A stretch of DNA of 64,000 bases from an uncultured delta proteobacterium (GTDB taxonomy: Bacteria > Myxococcota_A > Polyangia > Fen-1088). The stretch spans positions 128,001 to 192,000 of the forward strand of contig CAVYGB010000001.1 of assembly GCA_963767925.1 (NCBI GenBank), written 5' to 3'. The notes beneath the pieces were generated by a model, which was not told where the DNA came from, did no database searches, and saw only the letters and a program-made list of their open reading frames with translations. A program made the translations under genes and the position numbers. This document shows, piece by piece, positions 39,757 to 49,769 of the stretch; within the stretch, counting starts at the first letter, position 1; each line of letters opens with the position of its first letter.

Positions 39757-40683
39757 CTAGAGCTGCGCCAGCCACCAGGGGAGCGAGCGGTGGTACCAGG
39801 CGAGCATGTCGGCGTCGAGCTGGGCGGTTTCGGCGGCGCGGCTGGCCCAGCAGGTGGTGAGGGCGATGCGGTAGCGGACGAAGGCTTCCAGGTGGGTGGG
39901 CCAGGGGGCGGGGAGGGGGTGGCGGGCGAAGTAGTGGGTGAGGAAGGTGGCTTCGCTGGCGGGGGCGTCGACCTGGCCGGGGTTCTCCCAGGCGGCCTTG
40001 CGGATCGAGGTCACCGCCACCGCGACGTCGTGCAGGTACCAGTGGTGGCAGGCGTCGTCGAAGTCGAAGGCGGTGACCTGATCGTCGTCGACGCTGAGGT
40101 TGCCGAGGTGCAGGTCGGCGTGGGTCAGGCCGAAGACGTCGCGGCCGGTGGCGAGGCCCTGCATCCAGGTGACGAGGGTGCGCAGGGCCTTCTGGGCGGG
40201 GGCGGTGGCGGGGTCGTGGGCCTGCAGGGCGATCTGGAAGACGCGGTCCTCGTCCCAGTTGCCGCGGCCGCTGGGGCCGGTGCGCCGGCTGGCGTGCATG
40301 TGCAGGTCGGCCAGCAGGGTGGCCCAGCTGGCGATCACCTCGGGGCGGTAGTCGGCGGGCTTCTCGGCGGGGCGGCCGGGGGCCTCTTGCAGGCAGGTCA
40401 GGAAGACCGGGTCGCCGGCGACGCGGCCTTGCTCGCACAGGCGGCCGGCGGTCGAGCGGATCGGGCGGGCCACCCGCAGGCCGGCGCCGGCGAGGTCGTG
40501 CATCCAGTCGATCTCCCCCTGCACCTCGCGGGCGGTGCGGTAGCTGGCGGGGGTGACCCGCAGGTACACCGTGCGTCCGTCGCGGCGGGCGCGGAACACC
40601 TCGTTCGACGAGCGGCGCACCAGCTCGGGCGGCGCGCCGGGGTCGATCTGCCAGGGGGCGAACAGGTCCTCGGGGGACGCCAC
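39757..40683 (-). CDS. APH-family phosphotransferase (homoserine kinase type II-like)
   Basis: N.VF, YLRVT, EIDWM, HADLHLGN, FDFDD. GTG start inferred. Confidence 0.88.
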   Translation of the reverse strand: MASPEDLFAPWQIDPGAPPELVRRSSNEVFRARRDGRTVYLRVTPASYRTAREVQGEIDWMHDLAGAGLRVARPIRSTAGRLCEQGRVAGDPVFLTCLQEAPGRPAEKPADYRPEVIASWATLLADLHMHASRRTGPSGRGNWDEDRVFQIALQAHDPATAPAQKALRTLVTWMQGLATGRDVFGLTHADLHLGNLSVDDDQVTAFDFDDACHHWYLHDVAVAVTSIRKAAWENPGQVDAPASEATFLTHYFARHPLPAPWPTHLEAFVRYRIALTTCWASRAAETAQLDADMLAWYHRSLPWWLAQL

Positions 40684-40706
40684 GGGTGGCTCGCCGCTCC
40701 CGGGGC

Positions 40707-41837
40707 TCAGCGGGGCATCAGGCCGACGAAGGTCGGCTTGGTCTGGACGGCGGTCTTGCCCTGCAGGGCCAGGCTGCCGTCGCCGTTGATGCGGAAGACG
40801 AGCACCTCGCCCGAGCCCTGGTTGGCGACCAGCAGCCACTTGCCGGCGGGGTCGAGGGTGAAGTCCCGCGGCGTCTTGATCAGGCCGCCCGCGGTCTCGT
40901 GGCCCTTCGGCTCGAGGCGGCCGGCGGCGTTCACCTCGTAGATCGACAGGCTGTGCGACAGCCGGTTCGAGCCGTAGACGAAGCGGCCGCTGGGGTGGAC
41001 CTCGACGTGGGCGGCGGCGGTCTCGGTGGTGCCGGCCGGCACGTTGCTGACCGTCTGGGGATCCGACAGCCGGCCCTCGATCGGATCGAAGGCGAAGCTG
41101 GTCATGGTGCCGTTGGTCTCGTTGATCACGTAGGCGAAGCCGCGCGAGGGGTGAAAGGCGATGTGGCGCGGGCCGGTGCCGGTGGGCACCGTGACCTGGG
41201 CGGCGGGGGTCAGCTTGCCGGTGGCGGCGTCCATGCTGAACTGGGTGATGGCGTTGCCGTCGCGGCAGGGGACCAGCACGAACTTGCCGTCGCCGGCGGT
41301 CATGGCGTGGTGGGCCTGGGGGGCGGTGGCCTGCAGGTCGGTGGGGCCGCCCACGCCGCCGTCTTCCCGGATGAGGTGGGTCGAGATGTGGCCGCTGGCG
41401 AAGTGGGCCACCACCACCCACTTGCCGCTGGGGTGGACCGACAGATGGGTGGCGCCGGCGGCGCCCTCCACGGTCACCTCGTTGATGCGGGTCAGGTTGC
41501 CGTCGGCGGGGTTGATGGCGTAGGCCACGACCTTGGCGGGGGTGCGGTTGATGCCGTAGAGGAACTTCTTGTTCGGGTGCCAGGCCAGGTAGCCGGAGCC
41601 GGGGCCCGCCTCCACGGTGGCGACGGGCGTGAGCGCGCCGCTGCCGAGATCGAAGCGCAGCACGCGGATCTCGGGGCTGTCCGAGCCGCTCGTGTAGACG
41701 AAGGCCTCGGGGCCGGCGGCGGCGGAGGCGCCGGGCGCGCCGTTGCCGTTCTTGCCCGCGCAGGCCAGGGCCAGGGGCAGGGCGCCGAGGAGCCAGGTGG
41801 CGAGGAGGAGGGACCGTCGCGGGCGCTGGGAAGGCAT
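40707..41837 (-). CDS. 6-phosphogluconolactonase-like beta-propeller lactonase
   Basis: GTGPRHIAFHP, AYVINE, FVYGSNR, TPRDF, LLVANQ. Lipoprotein signal. Confidence 0.9.
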   Translation of the reverse strand: MPSQRPRRSLLLATWLLGALPLALACAGKNGNGAPGASAAAGPEAFVYTSGSDSPEIRVLRFDLGSGALTPVATVEAGPGSGYLAWHPNKKFLYGINRTPAKVVAYAINPADGNLTRINEVTVEGAAGATHLSVHPSGKWVVVAHFASGHISTHLIREDGGVGGPTDLQATAPQAHHAMTAGDGKFVLVPCRDGNAITQFSMDAATGKLTPAAQVTVPTGTGPRHIAFHPSRGFAYVINETNGTMTSFAFDPIEGRLSDPQTVSNVPAGTTETAAAHVEVHPSGRFVYGSNRLSHSLSIYEVNAAGRLEPKGHETAGGLIKTPRDFTLDPAGKWLLVANQGSGEVLVFRINGDGSLALQGKTAVQTKPTFVGLMPR

Positions 41838-41849
41838 GGGGCGCCGATG

Positions 41850-42860
41850 CTACCCCAACCCCCTTGCGCGCCCCATGGCGATCCGCGCGGAGGTTGTCTC
41901 GTTGATGGCGCGCAGCAGGGAGCTGCCGTCGGCGGTGTCCTGGGTGATCTCCCAGATCATGACGCCGCTGCCCCGATCGAGGGCCAGGGCCGTCTTGCGC
42001 CGGATGGTCGAGAGGCCGTTGTAGTGCACGCCGCCGACCTCGTCCTTCTGGGGGGCGGCGGGGTCCTGGCTCACGAGCTGGCGGTAGGTCCGCTGCGGCA
42101 GCTTGCCGTAAAAGGGGAGGCCGAGGACCAGCTTGTCGCGGGGGAGGCCGCGCTGGCTCCAGTAGTCCAGGCAGGTGACGGCGTAGTCGTAGGTCGAGTG
42201 GGGACGCTGGCCCTGGTCGTCGTTGTCGTAGGCCATGATGTTGATGAAGTCGCTGCAGGCGAAGACCTCGGGCAGGACGCCGGCGCCCTGCGCGCCGTCG
42301 CCGACGACCGCCGCGGTCAGCAGCCGCTGCGGTCCCAGGCGGGCGCGCAGCTCTTTCATCAAGGTGACGTTGTGGCGGGCCGACTCGCCCGCGTCGGGGT
42401 ACTCCCAGTCCATGTCCACGCCGTCGATGCCGTGTTGCTCGACAAGGGCGCCGAGCGCCTCCACGAACACCGCCCGGGCGGCGGGGTTGGCGGCCAGGAC
42501 CTCGAAGGCGCTGTCGTCGCCGCCGTGCCAGCCGCCCACCGAGAGGGCCACCTTGACCCCGTGGGCCCGGGCCCCGCGCACGATGGCCGCCAGGCGATCG
42601 GGGTGGGGGAGGGGGCGCAGCCGCCCGTCGGGCTCGGGGAAGGCGAAGGCGTAGTTGATGTGGGTCAGCTCGCGGTAGCGCACCCCCTCGGGCGCGACCC
42701 ACGACGGGAAGTAGCCGATCACCCGGAACGCCCGCTCCGCCGCCGGCAGCGGCGCGGGCCCGGCCGGCGCCCCGGCACCGCCGCCCCGGCCGGCGCAAGC
42801 GGCGCCCAGGGGGAGCAGCCCCAACCCACCGATCACCTTGCGCCGATCTGGTCCGCTCAT
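41850..42860 (-). CDS. Glycoside hydrolase family 18 (chitinase-like) lipoprotein
   Basis: RR signal, THINYAF, SVGGW, DGVDMDWEYP, IMAYD, GLPFYG, GVMIWE. Confidence 0.92.
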   Translation of the reverse strand: MSGPDRRKVIGGLGLLPLGAACAGRGGGAGAPAGPAPLPAAERAFRVIGYFPSWVAPEGVRYRELTHINYAFAFPEPDGRLRPLPHPDRLAAIVRGARAHGVKVALSVGGWHGGDDSAFEVLAANPAARAVFVEALGALVEQHGIDGVDMDWEYPDAGESARHNVTLMKELRARLGPQRLLTAAVVGDGAQGAGVLPEVFACSDFINIMAYDNDDQGQRPHSTYDYAVTCLDYWSQRGLPRDKLVLGLPFYGKLPQRTYRQLVSQDPAAPQKDEVGGVHYNGLSTIRRKTALALDRGSGVMIWEITQDTADGSSLLRAINETTSARIAMGRARGLG

Positions 42861-42871
42861 GTGCGCTCCGC

Positions 42872-44110
42872 TCAGCTCGGGAAGCCCGGCACGTTGAGCT
42901 CGATCCGGTACAGGGCCGAGGCGGTGGTGATGAACAGCGTCTTGCGGTCCGGTCCCCCGAAGGCGGCGTTGCTGACCGTGCTGCCGCCGAGCCCCATGAT
43001 CGAGCCGATCACGCGCCCGTCGGGGGCCAGCACGCGCACCGTGCCCCCGGTGGTGATGTACACGTTGCCCGCGCAGTCGATGGCCATGCCGTCGCTGCCG
43101 GCGTTCGTGAACACGGTCGGCGTGCCGACCACGCCGCCGTCCTCGTCGAGCACGAAGCGCCGCACCGGATCCCCCTCGCTGCTCGAGACGTAGAGGACGC
43201 GGCCGTCGGGGGCCAGGGCGATGCCGTTGGGCTGCGGGCCGGCGCCCAGCCGGGTGATCTGCCCGGCGGGGGAGTAGCGGTAATAGGCGGTGGTCTCCTG
43301 GCCGGGGCGGCCGTCCTGGCGGTAGTTGGTGTCGGTGAAGTAGATGTTCCCGTCGCTGCGGACCACGAGGTCGTTGGTCTGGTTGAAGGGCTTGCCGTTG
43401 TAGACGTTCGTCCCGGGGATGCTGCTGCGGGCGGCGGTGCCCGGATTGAACTGGGTCAGGTTGCGGCTGTCGAACGAGGCGGCCACGATGGCCCCCATCG
43501 GGCTGAGCGCCAGCCCGGCCACGTCGACGCCCATGGCGAAGGTGCTGAAGGTGCTGGTGGCGGGCACATATTTGTCGATGCGGCCCATGCCGGGGACGCC
43601 CGAGACCACGCAGAAGACCAGCGCGTCCTGCTCGGCCAGCCACAGGGGGCCCTCGAGCGAGCCGGCGTTGGCCTTGATCAGCGTGGCGGTGCGGTTGGCC
43701 GGCAGCGGATCGCCGAACGGCCCCGCCGGGCAGGAGTAGCCGGTGGGCGGGATGGCCCGGGCGGGCGCACCCACGTCGGCCGCCGCGGGCCGGTCGGCTC
43801 CTCGCCCCGCGTCTGCGGGCCGCGCGCCGGCGTCGGGTGCGCGCCCGTCGCGCCGGCCGGCGTCGACCCGCGGCGCCCCGCCGCTGCCGCCCGCGCCCGG
43901 TGCCCCCGCGCTGCCGCCCGTGCCACCGGGAGGCTGGGGTGCGGCGGGTCCGCCGGCCGCGCCGCCGGTGCCTGCCGGGGCGGGCGCGGCGCCGCTGTTA
44001 CCGCCGGTCGGCGCCGGCGGTCGACCGTTGTCGACCTGCTTGGGCTCGAAGCCGCAGGAGACGAGCAGGCTCGCGCCCGCGAGCAACAAACCGATCCGGG
44101 ATCCGCACAT
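42872..44110 (-). CDS. SMP-30/gluconolactonase family lipoprotein
   Basis: EGPLW, NDLVVRSDGNIYFTD, PNGIALAPDG, DGMAIDCAGNVY, NAAFGGPDRKTLFIT. Confidence 0.92.
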   Translation of the reverse strand: MCGSRIGLLLAGASLLVSCGFEPKQVDNGRPPAPTGGNSGAAPAPAGTGGAAGGPAAPQPPGGTGGSAGAPGAGGSGGAPRVDAGRRDGRAPDAGARPADAGRGADRPAAADVGAPARAIPPTGYSCPAGPFGDPLPANRTATLIKANAGSLEGPLWLAEQDALVFCVVSGVPGMGRIDKYVPATSTFSTFAMGVDVAGLALSPMGAIVAASFDSRNLTQFNPGTAARSSIPGTNVYNGKPFNQTNDLVVRSDGNIYFTDTNYRQDGRPGQETTAYYRYSPAGQITRLGAGPQPNGIALAPDGRVLYVSSSEGDPVRRFVLDEDGGVVGTPTVFTNAGSDGMAIDCAGNVYITTGGTVRVLAPDGRVIGSIMGLGGSTVSNAAFGGPDRKTLFITTASALYRIELNVPGFPS

Positions 44111-44171
44111 GACGGCCGACTCTAGCCGACCCGCGCCGAGCGTTTTCCGGCGAATCCGCCGTCAATCTCGC

Positions 44172-44915
44172 TCACGCCGCCGCGACGGGCCGGGGGCGAG
44201 GGGCGGGCGGGGGCACCAGGAAGGGGGTGAGGAAGACCTCCGCCTCGGCGAGGGTATGCGGCAAGGTGGCGGTGAGATCGTGCACGTCGGGCAGCTCGAG
44301 CAGGCGCACGTGGCGGCGGGGCTCGGCGAAGGCGCGCGAGAGGGCGACGTCGACGGTGGCGTCGTAGACGCCGTGGACGACGAGGGTGGGGACCCGGACG
44401 TCGGGCCAGCCGCCGTCGCCGGCGTCGTGGGCCGCGAGGTCCTCGAGGAAGCCGTGGTCGACGCGGCCCTTGCCGCGGGTGACGTAGTCGTCGACCTCCA
44501 GCCAGCCGCTGTCGCGCCAGGCGGCGATCGCGGCCTCGCCCATGCGCGCGCGCCAGCGCTCGGCGGCGCAGAAGGCGGGGGCCAGCAGCACCAGCGCGCA
44601 CACGCGCGCGTCCAGCGCGGCGACGCGGGCGGCGGTGAGGCCGCCGAGGCTCGAGCCCAGCAGCACCGCGCGATCGCGTTCGCCCCCGATGGCCCGCCGC
44701 GTGGCCGCGATGCCCGCCGAGAGCCGCAGGTGCTCGAGCGACGGCAGGCGCAGGTCGAGCCGGTCGATCGCGAGCCCCAGCCGCGCGAAGTGCGCCGCGA
44801 AGGCGAGGCCCTTTGTCGATCCCGGGCCGGAGGCGAAGCCGTGCAGGTACAGGAAGCGCGGCGCCGTCGGTCGGGCCGGTGCGACAGGCGCGGCGTGCGG
44901 ATCGTCGGGTGCCAC
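44172..44915 (-). CDS. YqiA/YcfP-family esterase
   Basis: YLHGFASGPGSTK, GSSLGG, LAPA, HG..D..V, HDL. Confidence 0.88.
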   Translation of the reverse strand: MAPDDPHAAPVAPARPTAPRFLYLHGFASGPGSTKGLAFAAHFARLGLAIDRLDLRLPSLEHLRLSAGIAATRRAIGGERDRAVLLGSSLGGLTAARVAALDARVCALVLLAPAFCAAERWRARMGEAAIAAWRDSGWLEVDDYVTRGKGRVDHGFLEDLAAHDAGDGGWPDVRVPTLVVHGVYDATVDVALSRAFAEPRRHVRLLELPDVHDLTATLPHTLAEAEVFLTPFLVPPPAPRPRPVAAA

Positions 44916-44969
44916 GGAGCATCGATCATGGCCCGGAAAACCGCGGGTGGTTTGGTTAAACTCGCGGCC

Positions 44970-45614
44970 ATGGGGACCGGGTCGTGCGGAGCCGTGACGC
45001 TGGGCGCGCTGAGCCTGCTCGCCACGCTGGGGCCGGCCGGGTGCGGGAACAGCCCCCCGCCGGTCTTCGCCGACGAGGCGCGCGCCATCGCCCGGGACTA
45101 CCAGGCCTGGGGCCGGGTCGACGACGAGGTCCGCTGGGCCCCCTGGCTGTGCCGGATGCCCCTGCCGGGCATCGCCCGCCTCAGCGATTCGGCCGACACC
45201 GACACCCACGGCAAGAAGCTGTATTCGCTGTTCGCGAAGAACCGGGCCGACTATCCGAGGGGGCCCAACGTCGGACAGGTGATCGTGAAGCAGGCCTTCA
45301 CCGCCGTGCGCGCCGACGGGGTCACCTTCGATCCGGCCGCCGCCGATCGGGCTGGCACCGATCACTTCTACCCCTACGCCGAAGACGGCGGCGTCGTGTA
45401 CCGCACCGGCGACCCCGCGGGCCTGTACATCATGTTCAAGGTCGACCCCGCCACGCCCGACACCGACGCGGGCTGGGTGTACGCCACCCTCTCGGCGCGC
45501 GGCGATCTCACCGCCAGCGGCCGCATCGCTTCCTGCATCGGCTGCCACGAAAAAGCCCCCCACGATCGCCTGTTCGGGATCGACGTCGTCGCCTACGCGC
45601 CGGCGACCAAGTAG
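44970..45614 (+). CDS. Cytochrome P460/c'-beta-like lipoprotein
   Basis: Lipobox PAGC, GQVIVKQ, LYIMFK, GWVYA, C-terminal CIGCH...D.LFG. Confidence 0.72.
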   Translation: MGTGSCGAVTLGALSLLATLGPAGCGNSPPPVFADEARAIARDYQAWGRVDDEVRWAPWLCRMPLPGIARLSDSADTDTHGKKLYSLFAKNRADYPRGPNVGQVIVKQAFTAVRADGVTFDPAAADRAGTDHFYPYAEDGGVVYRTGDPAGLYIMFKVDPATPDTDAGWVYATLSARGDLTASGRIASCIGCHEKAPHDRLFGIDVVAYAPATK

Positions 45615-45665
45615 AAGCGGATCGGGCAACTGTCAGGCGGGATCCGTCTGCTACGAATTGTTGTA

Positions 45666-47726
45666 ATGAGAGTCCGCGCGACAAACGGAGATGGACGCTG
45701 GTTTGGACATGTCCAACTAGACAGTCGCGTGCTGAGCCTGGCGGGGCTTTCGAGACCCGTCGACGGTCCTGGAGCCAGGCGCAGCCGGGTTGCCGCCGGC
45801 GTGCTCGCGTTCGGTCTCGCGCTCGGCGCCGCCGCCTGCGCGGGTGGGTTCACCGAGCCGAGCGGGACGCGGCCGGCTCCGACGCCAGGCGCGCCCGGCG
45901 GCCCGTCGCCCAGCCCGACCGTTCCCGGCCAGCCGGTGCAGCCCGGGCAGCCCGCGCCGCCGATGCAGCCTGGTCAGCCCGCCCAGCCGGGTCAGCCCGC
46001 GCCGCCGCCACCCGCGCCCGGCACCCCGCCCCCCGACGGGACTCCGACGCCGCCCCCGCCGCCGATGGGCTCGCCGCCCGCGCCCGGCACGATGGAGCCG
46101 CCGCCGCCCGCGCCGGGGGTCGCCAATCCCTACACGCTGCCGCCCGCGCCGCCCTTCCCGCTGCCGCTGCCGGCCTATCTACCCACGCCCGGGCCCGCCC
46201 CCGCCGCGCCCAACGCGGTGGTCTTCGATCCTTCGCCGGGTAGCTTCGTCGGCACCCAGTCGGTGCGGCTGTCGGCCGGCGCCGGCAACGCCGTCATCCG
46301 CTTCACCGTCGACGGATCGCTGCCCACCGCCGCCTCGCCGGTCTACAGCGCGGCCATCGCCGTGCGCGACACGACGATCATCCGCGCGCTCGTCGACAGC
46401 TCCAGCGCGGGCAAGGGCCCCGTCCGGGCGGCAGTCTACCTGCGCGCCGAGAGCGACGTGGCCAGCTTCGAGTCGCGCTTGCCGATCGTCGTGCTCCACA
46501 GCCACGACGCGGGCGCCATCAACCCGGCCATCGGGACCAGCTTCGTGCAGGGCTCGGTCAGCGTGATCGAGCCCGGCGCCGACGGGCGGGCCCGCCTGGT
46601 CGGGCCGGCCACCTTCGGCAAGCGGGCCGGCCTGCGCGTCCGGGGCAACAGCTCGCGCAGCTTCGCCCAGAAGAGTTACGCCTTCGAGCTGCGCCAGGAG
46701 GGCTCCGACGACGACGACGACCGCACCGTGGGCGGTCTCCCCTCCGACTCGGACTGGAACCTCATCGCCCCCAGCCGGGCCGACCGCAGCCTGATCCGCA
46801 CCGCCCTCGGCTTCACCCTCAGCAACGAGATCCAGCGCTACGCCCCCCGCGTGCGCCTGGTCGAGGTGTTCACCGTCGAGACCGGCAAGACCGGCACCGT
46901 CGGCCAGGCCGCCTACAAGGGCGTCTACACGCTGACCGAGAAGATCAAGATCAACAAGAACCGCCTGGCGATCGCCGACGTCGACGTCAACGCGCGCACC
47001 GAACCCGGGATCACCGGCGGCTACGTCGTGCGCACCGACCACGGCGTCCCCCACTTCATCTCCGGCCAGACCCCCTTCCAGCTCGTCGAGCCCGACTGGG
47101 ACCGCCTGGCGCCCGCCGCCCAGGTCGCCCTCGGCGGCTACATCAGCGGCTACATGCAGGGCTTCTTCGACGCCGTCCGGGGCCCGGAGTTCAAGGACCC
47201 CGCCACCGGCAAGCACTACTCCGACTACATCGACGTGTTCGCCTTCATCGACCACAACCTCCTCACGGCCGTGTTCAAGAACGTCGACGCCCTGCGGTTC
47301 TCGGCCTACTACCACAAGAACCGGAGCGGCCTGCTGGCGGCAGGCCCGATCTGGGACATGGACCGCTCCTCCGGCACCCCCTTCGACGACGACTTCGGCG
47401 GCCGCGCCGCCGAGCCGCGCGAGTGGGCCCGCGCCGACGGCACCCACCCCCTGCGCCAGGGCTACTGGTCACGCCTGTTCGCCGACCCCGCCTTCCGCGA
47501 CGCCTACAACCGCCGCTTCACCGTGCTGAGCAGCGGCGCCTTCTCCCTGGCCCACATCCAGGCGCTCATCGACCACTTCGCCGCCGAAGTGCGCGAAGCC
47601 CAGGCCCGCCACTTCGCCAAGTGGACCCAATACCCCCCCACCGGCGGCGCCCACGCCAACGAGATCCAGCTCCTGAAAGACTGGTTCGCCGCCCGCCTCC
47701 CCTGGCTGACCGACCAGCTCCGGTAG
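45666..47726 (+). CDS. CotH kinase family lipoprotein with Fn3/chitobiase-like domain
   Basis: Lipobox AAAC, IRFTVDGSLP, RGNSS..F.QKSY, DRSLIR, YKGVY.LTEKIK, NVD, GPIWDMD. True start may be downstream. Confidence 0.88.
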   Translation: MRVRATNGDGRWFGHVQLDSRVLSLAGLSRPVDGPGARRSRVAAGVLAFGLALGAAACAGGFTEPSGTRPAPTPGAPGGPSPSPTVPGQPVQPGQPAPPMQPGQPAQPGQPAPPPPAPGTPPPDGTPTPPPPPMGSPPAPGTMEPPPPAPGVANPYTLPPAPPFPLPLPAYLPTPGPAPAAPNAVVFDPSPGSFVGTQSVRLSAGAGNAVIRFTVDGSLPTAASPVYSAAIAVRDTTIIRALVDSSSAGKGPVRAAVYLRAESDVASFESRLPIVVLHSHDAGAINPAIGTSFVQGSVSVIEPGADGRARLVGPATFGKRAGLRVRGNSSRSFAQKSYAFELRQEGSDDDDDRTVGGLPSDSDWNLIAPSRADRSLIRTALGFTLSNEIQRYAPRVRLVEVFTVETGKTGTVGQAAYKGVYTLTEKIKINKNRLAIADVDVNARTEPGITGGYVVRTDHGVPHFISGQTPFQLVEPDWDRLAPAAQVALGGYISGYMQGFFDAVRGPEFKDPATGKHYSDYIDVFAFIDHNLLTAVFKNVDALRFSAYYHKNRSGLLAAGPIWDMDRSSGTPFDDDFGGRAAEPREWARADGTHPLRQGYWSRLFADPAFRDAYNRRFTVLSSGAFSLAHIQALIDHFAAEVREAQARHFAKWTQYPPTGGAHANEIQLLKDWFAARLPWLTDQLR

Positions 47727-48329
47727 GCGCCGCCCCCCCCTCCCTCACCTCTCCCCTACCCAGGCGCCGCCCCCCCCCTCCCTCACCTCTCCCCTACCCA
47801 GGCGCCGCCCCCCCCCTCCCTCACCTCTCCCCTACCCGGGCGCCGCCCCCCCCTCCCTCACCTCTCCCCGCGGTCTGCCGTGGGGAGAGGTCGGCGCGTC
47901 TGCGCGCCGGGTGAGGGGCCTCCGGCGAGGCAACCGCCCCTCACCCTTCCCTCTCCCCCCGTCCGCAGACGGCCGCGGGGAGAGGGCAAACATTCAGCGG
48001 GACCTCTCCCCTACCCAGGCGCCGCCCCCCCCTCCCTCACCTCTCCCCTACCCAGGCGCCCCCCCCCTCCCTCACCTCTCCCCTACCCAGGCGCCGCCCC
48101 CCCCTCTCTCACCTCTCCCCTACCCAGGCGCCCCCCCCTCCCTCACCTCTCCCCTACCCAGGCGCCGCCCCCCCCCCTCCCTCACCTCTCCCCGCGGTCT
48201 GCCGTGGGGAGAGGTCGGCGCGTCTGCGCGCCGGGTGAGGGGCCTCCGGCGAGGCAACCGCCCCTCACCCTTCCCTCTCCCCCCGTCCGCAGACGGCCGC
48301 GGGGAGAGGGCAAACATTCAGCGGGGGGG
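47726..48329. repeat. Composite REP/minisatellite array (BIME-like)
   Basis: About nine ~35-38 bp units GGCGCCG-C(n)-TCCCTCACCTCTCCCCTACCCA plus a duplicated ~150-bp palindromic cassette (47851-48001 and 48175-48325). Confidence 0.92.
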
Positions 48330-48359
48330 CCTGACTGAACAGCCTTTCCGACGGCTACG

Positions 48360-49700
48360 TCAGGGCGCCGGGGGTAGCGCGACGATCAGGGTGTTCAGAC
48401 ACATCTCGTTCTGCGTCCCCCATCCGGGAACCGTGGGGGTCTGATCCCGCGAAGTGTCGTACGTGCAGGTGAGCTGGATCTCCGTATCCGGCGTCAGCCG
48501 CGGCCGGGTCCCCTCGTAGAAATAGAACTTCTGCCAGTGGAAGTTCCAGTTCTCCACCCGGGCCACGCAGTCGTCGCGGCCGCCGCTGCCGATGAAGCGC
48601 AGCTCGCTCTTGCGACCGCGCTCGTGCATGTGGGGCATCACGCCGATAACCTCGAGCGGCGGGGCCATGCCGAGGCCCAGCTCGGCCATCGACTTCTTCC
48701 AGGTGTAAGCGACCGAGGCGCGTCCGGGGGGCAACACGTCGGGCTGGGGCTTCGTGTACAGCGTCTCGAGCAGGCCGTCGGGCAGGAGGAAGACCGCCGG
48801 CCGCTCCACCTTCTCGACGTAGCGGAGGCGGACGGTGGTGCTGTCCGCCTGGCCGCGGAGCTGCGGGTTCTCCAGGTTGTAGTGGACCTGGATGACCAGG
48901 CGGTCGGTGGGGCGCTGCTGGATGCCGATGTTGCCCGGGAAGGTGACGGCGCCCTGGCCGGGCGCCCACACCACCGGAGCGGCGTTGTCCTCGATGCCGT
49001 CGCCGGCGCCGCCGAAGCAGCTCCAGCCCACCCGGTCGTCGGCCGCCTCGAGCCCGGCGATGATCTCGCCGTTGCTCTTCCCGCTGCGGGTCATGCGCGC
49101 GGGATCGACGACGAAGGCGAGCACGTGGTGCACGATGGCCGCGTTGCCGGGCAGGACCTCGTAGCCGGTGATGAAGCGATCCCCGGCCAGGGCGGTGTCG
49201 ACCTGGAAGCAGCGGTAGTCGTCGTTCTGGGCGAGCGCGTTGCCTGCGGCCACCGGGACGATGGACGGCGTCTTGTAGTCGGTGCCGTCGGTCAGGTGCT
49301 GGACCGCGGGGACCGACAGGGATGCCCTGGTGCCCTCGACCTTGTTGCCGGCCGCCCAGGCCTGCAGCTTGTCGATCTCGGCCTGGGTGAGGGCGGCCGA
49401 GTCCTCGAACTCGCCGCACGAGCCATCGTGGGTCACGAGGTAGGGGGGCATCATCTTGGCCCGGGTCATGGCGGCGATGCTCGCCGCCTTCGGCAACACC
49501 TCGCTGTAGTCGACCAGAGAGAAGGGGCCGATGCCGCCGGGCTGGTGGCAGCCCACGCATTTTTCATGGAGCAGCGGGGCCACGTCGCCCCAGTAGGTCA
49601 GGGGCGCGGTGGCGACCTCGGTCGCGGTTGAGTCGCCACAGCCGGCAGCCAGGACGAGCCCGACCAGACCGGAGGCGACGCGGGGGAAGCGCGTTTTCAT
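48360..49700 (-). CDS. Lipoprotein: c-type heme domain plus copper type II (PHM/DBH-like) monooxygenase fold
   Basis: AAGC, CVGCH..GGIGPFSL, MPP, IVHH, QVHY, MPHMH, WNFHWQ, EMC. Confidence 0.82.
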   Translation of the reverse strand: MKTRFPRVASGLVGLVLAAGCGDSTATEVATAPLTYWGDVAPLLHEKCVGCHQPGGIGPFSLVDYSEVLPKAASIAAMTRAKMMPPYLVTHDGSCGEFEDSAALTQAEIDKLQAWAAGNKVEGTRASLSVPAVQHLTDGTDYKTPSIVPVAAGNALAQNDDYRCFQVDTALAGDRFITGYEVLPGNAAIVHHVLAFVVDPARMTRSGKSNGEIIAGLEAADDRVGWSCFGGAGDGIEDNAAPVVWAPGQGAVTFPGNIGIQQRPTDRLVIQVHYNLENPQLRGQADSTTVRLRYVEKVERPAVFLLPDGLLETLYTKPQPDVLPPGRASVAYTWKKSMAELGLGMAPPLEVIGVMPHMHERGRKSELRFIGSGGRDDCVARVENWNFHWQKFYFYEGTRPRLTPDTEIQLTCTYDTSRDQTPTVPGWGTQNEMCLNTLIVALPPAP

Positions 49701-49769
49701 GCGCGGGAGCATATTTCCCGGGTCGGGCCGGGGCGACCCGAAACGGCGATCGCTCCCGCAGCGTGGTCG

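Noticed and set aside
39757..42798. 1013-aa ORF
   Set aside because: Only the last ~308 aa are a phosphotransferase; the rest shadows the lactonase and GH18 genes.
47726..48329. CRISPR array or coding ORFs
   Set aside because: No unique spacers; the ORFs are translations of the repeat.
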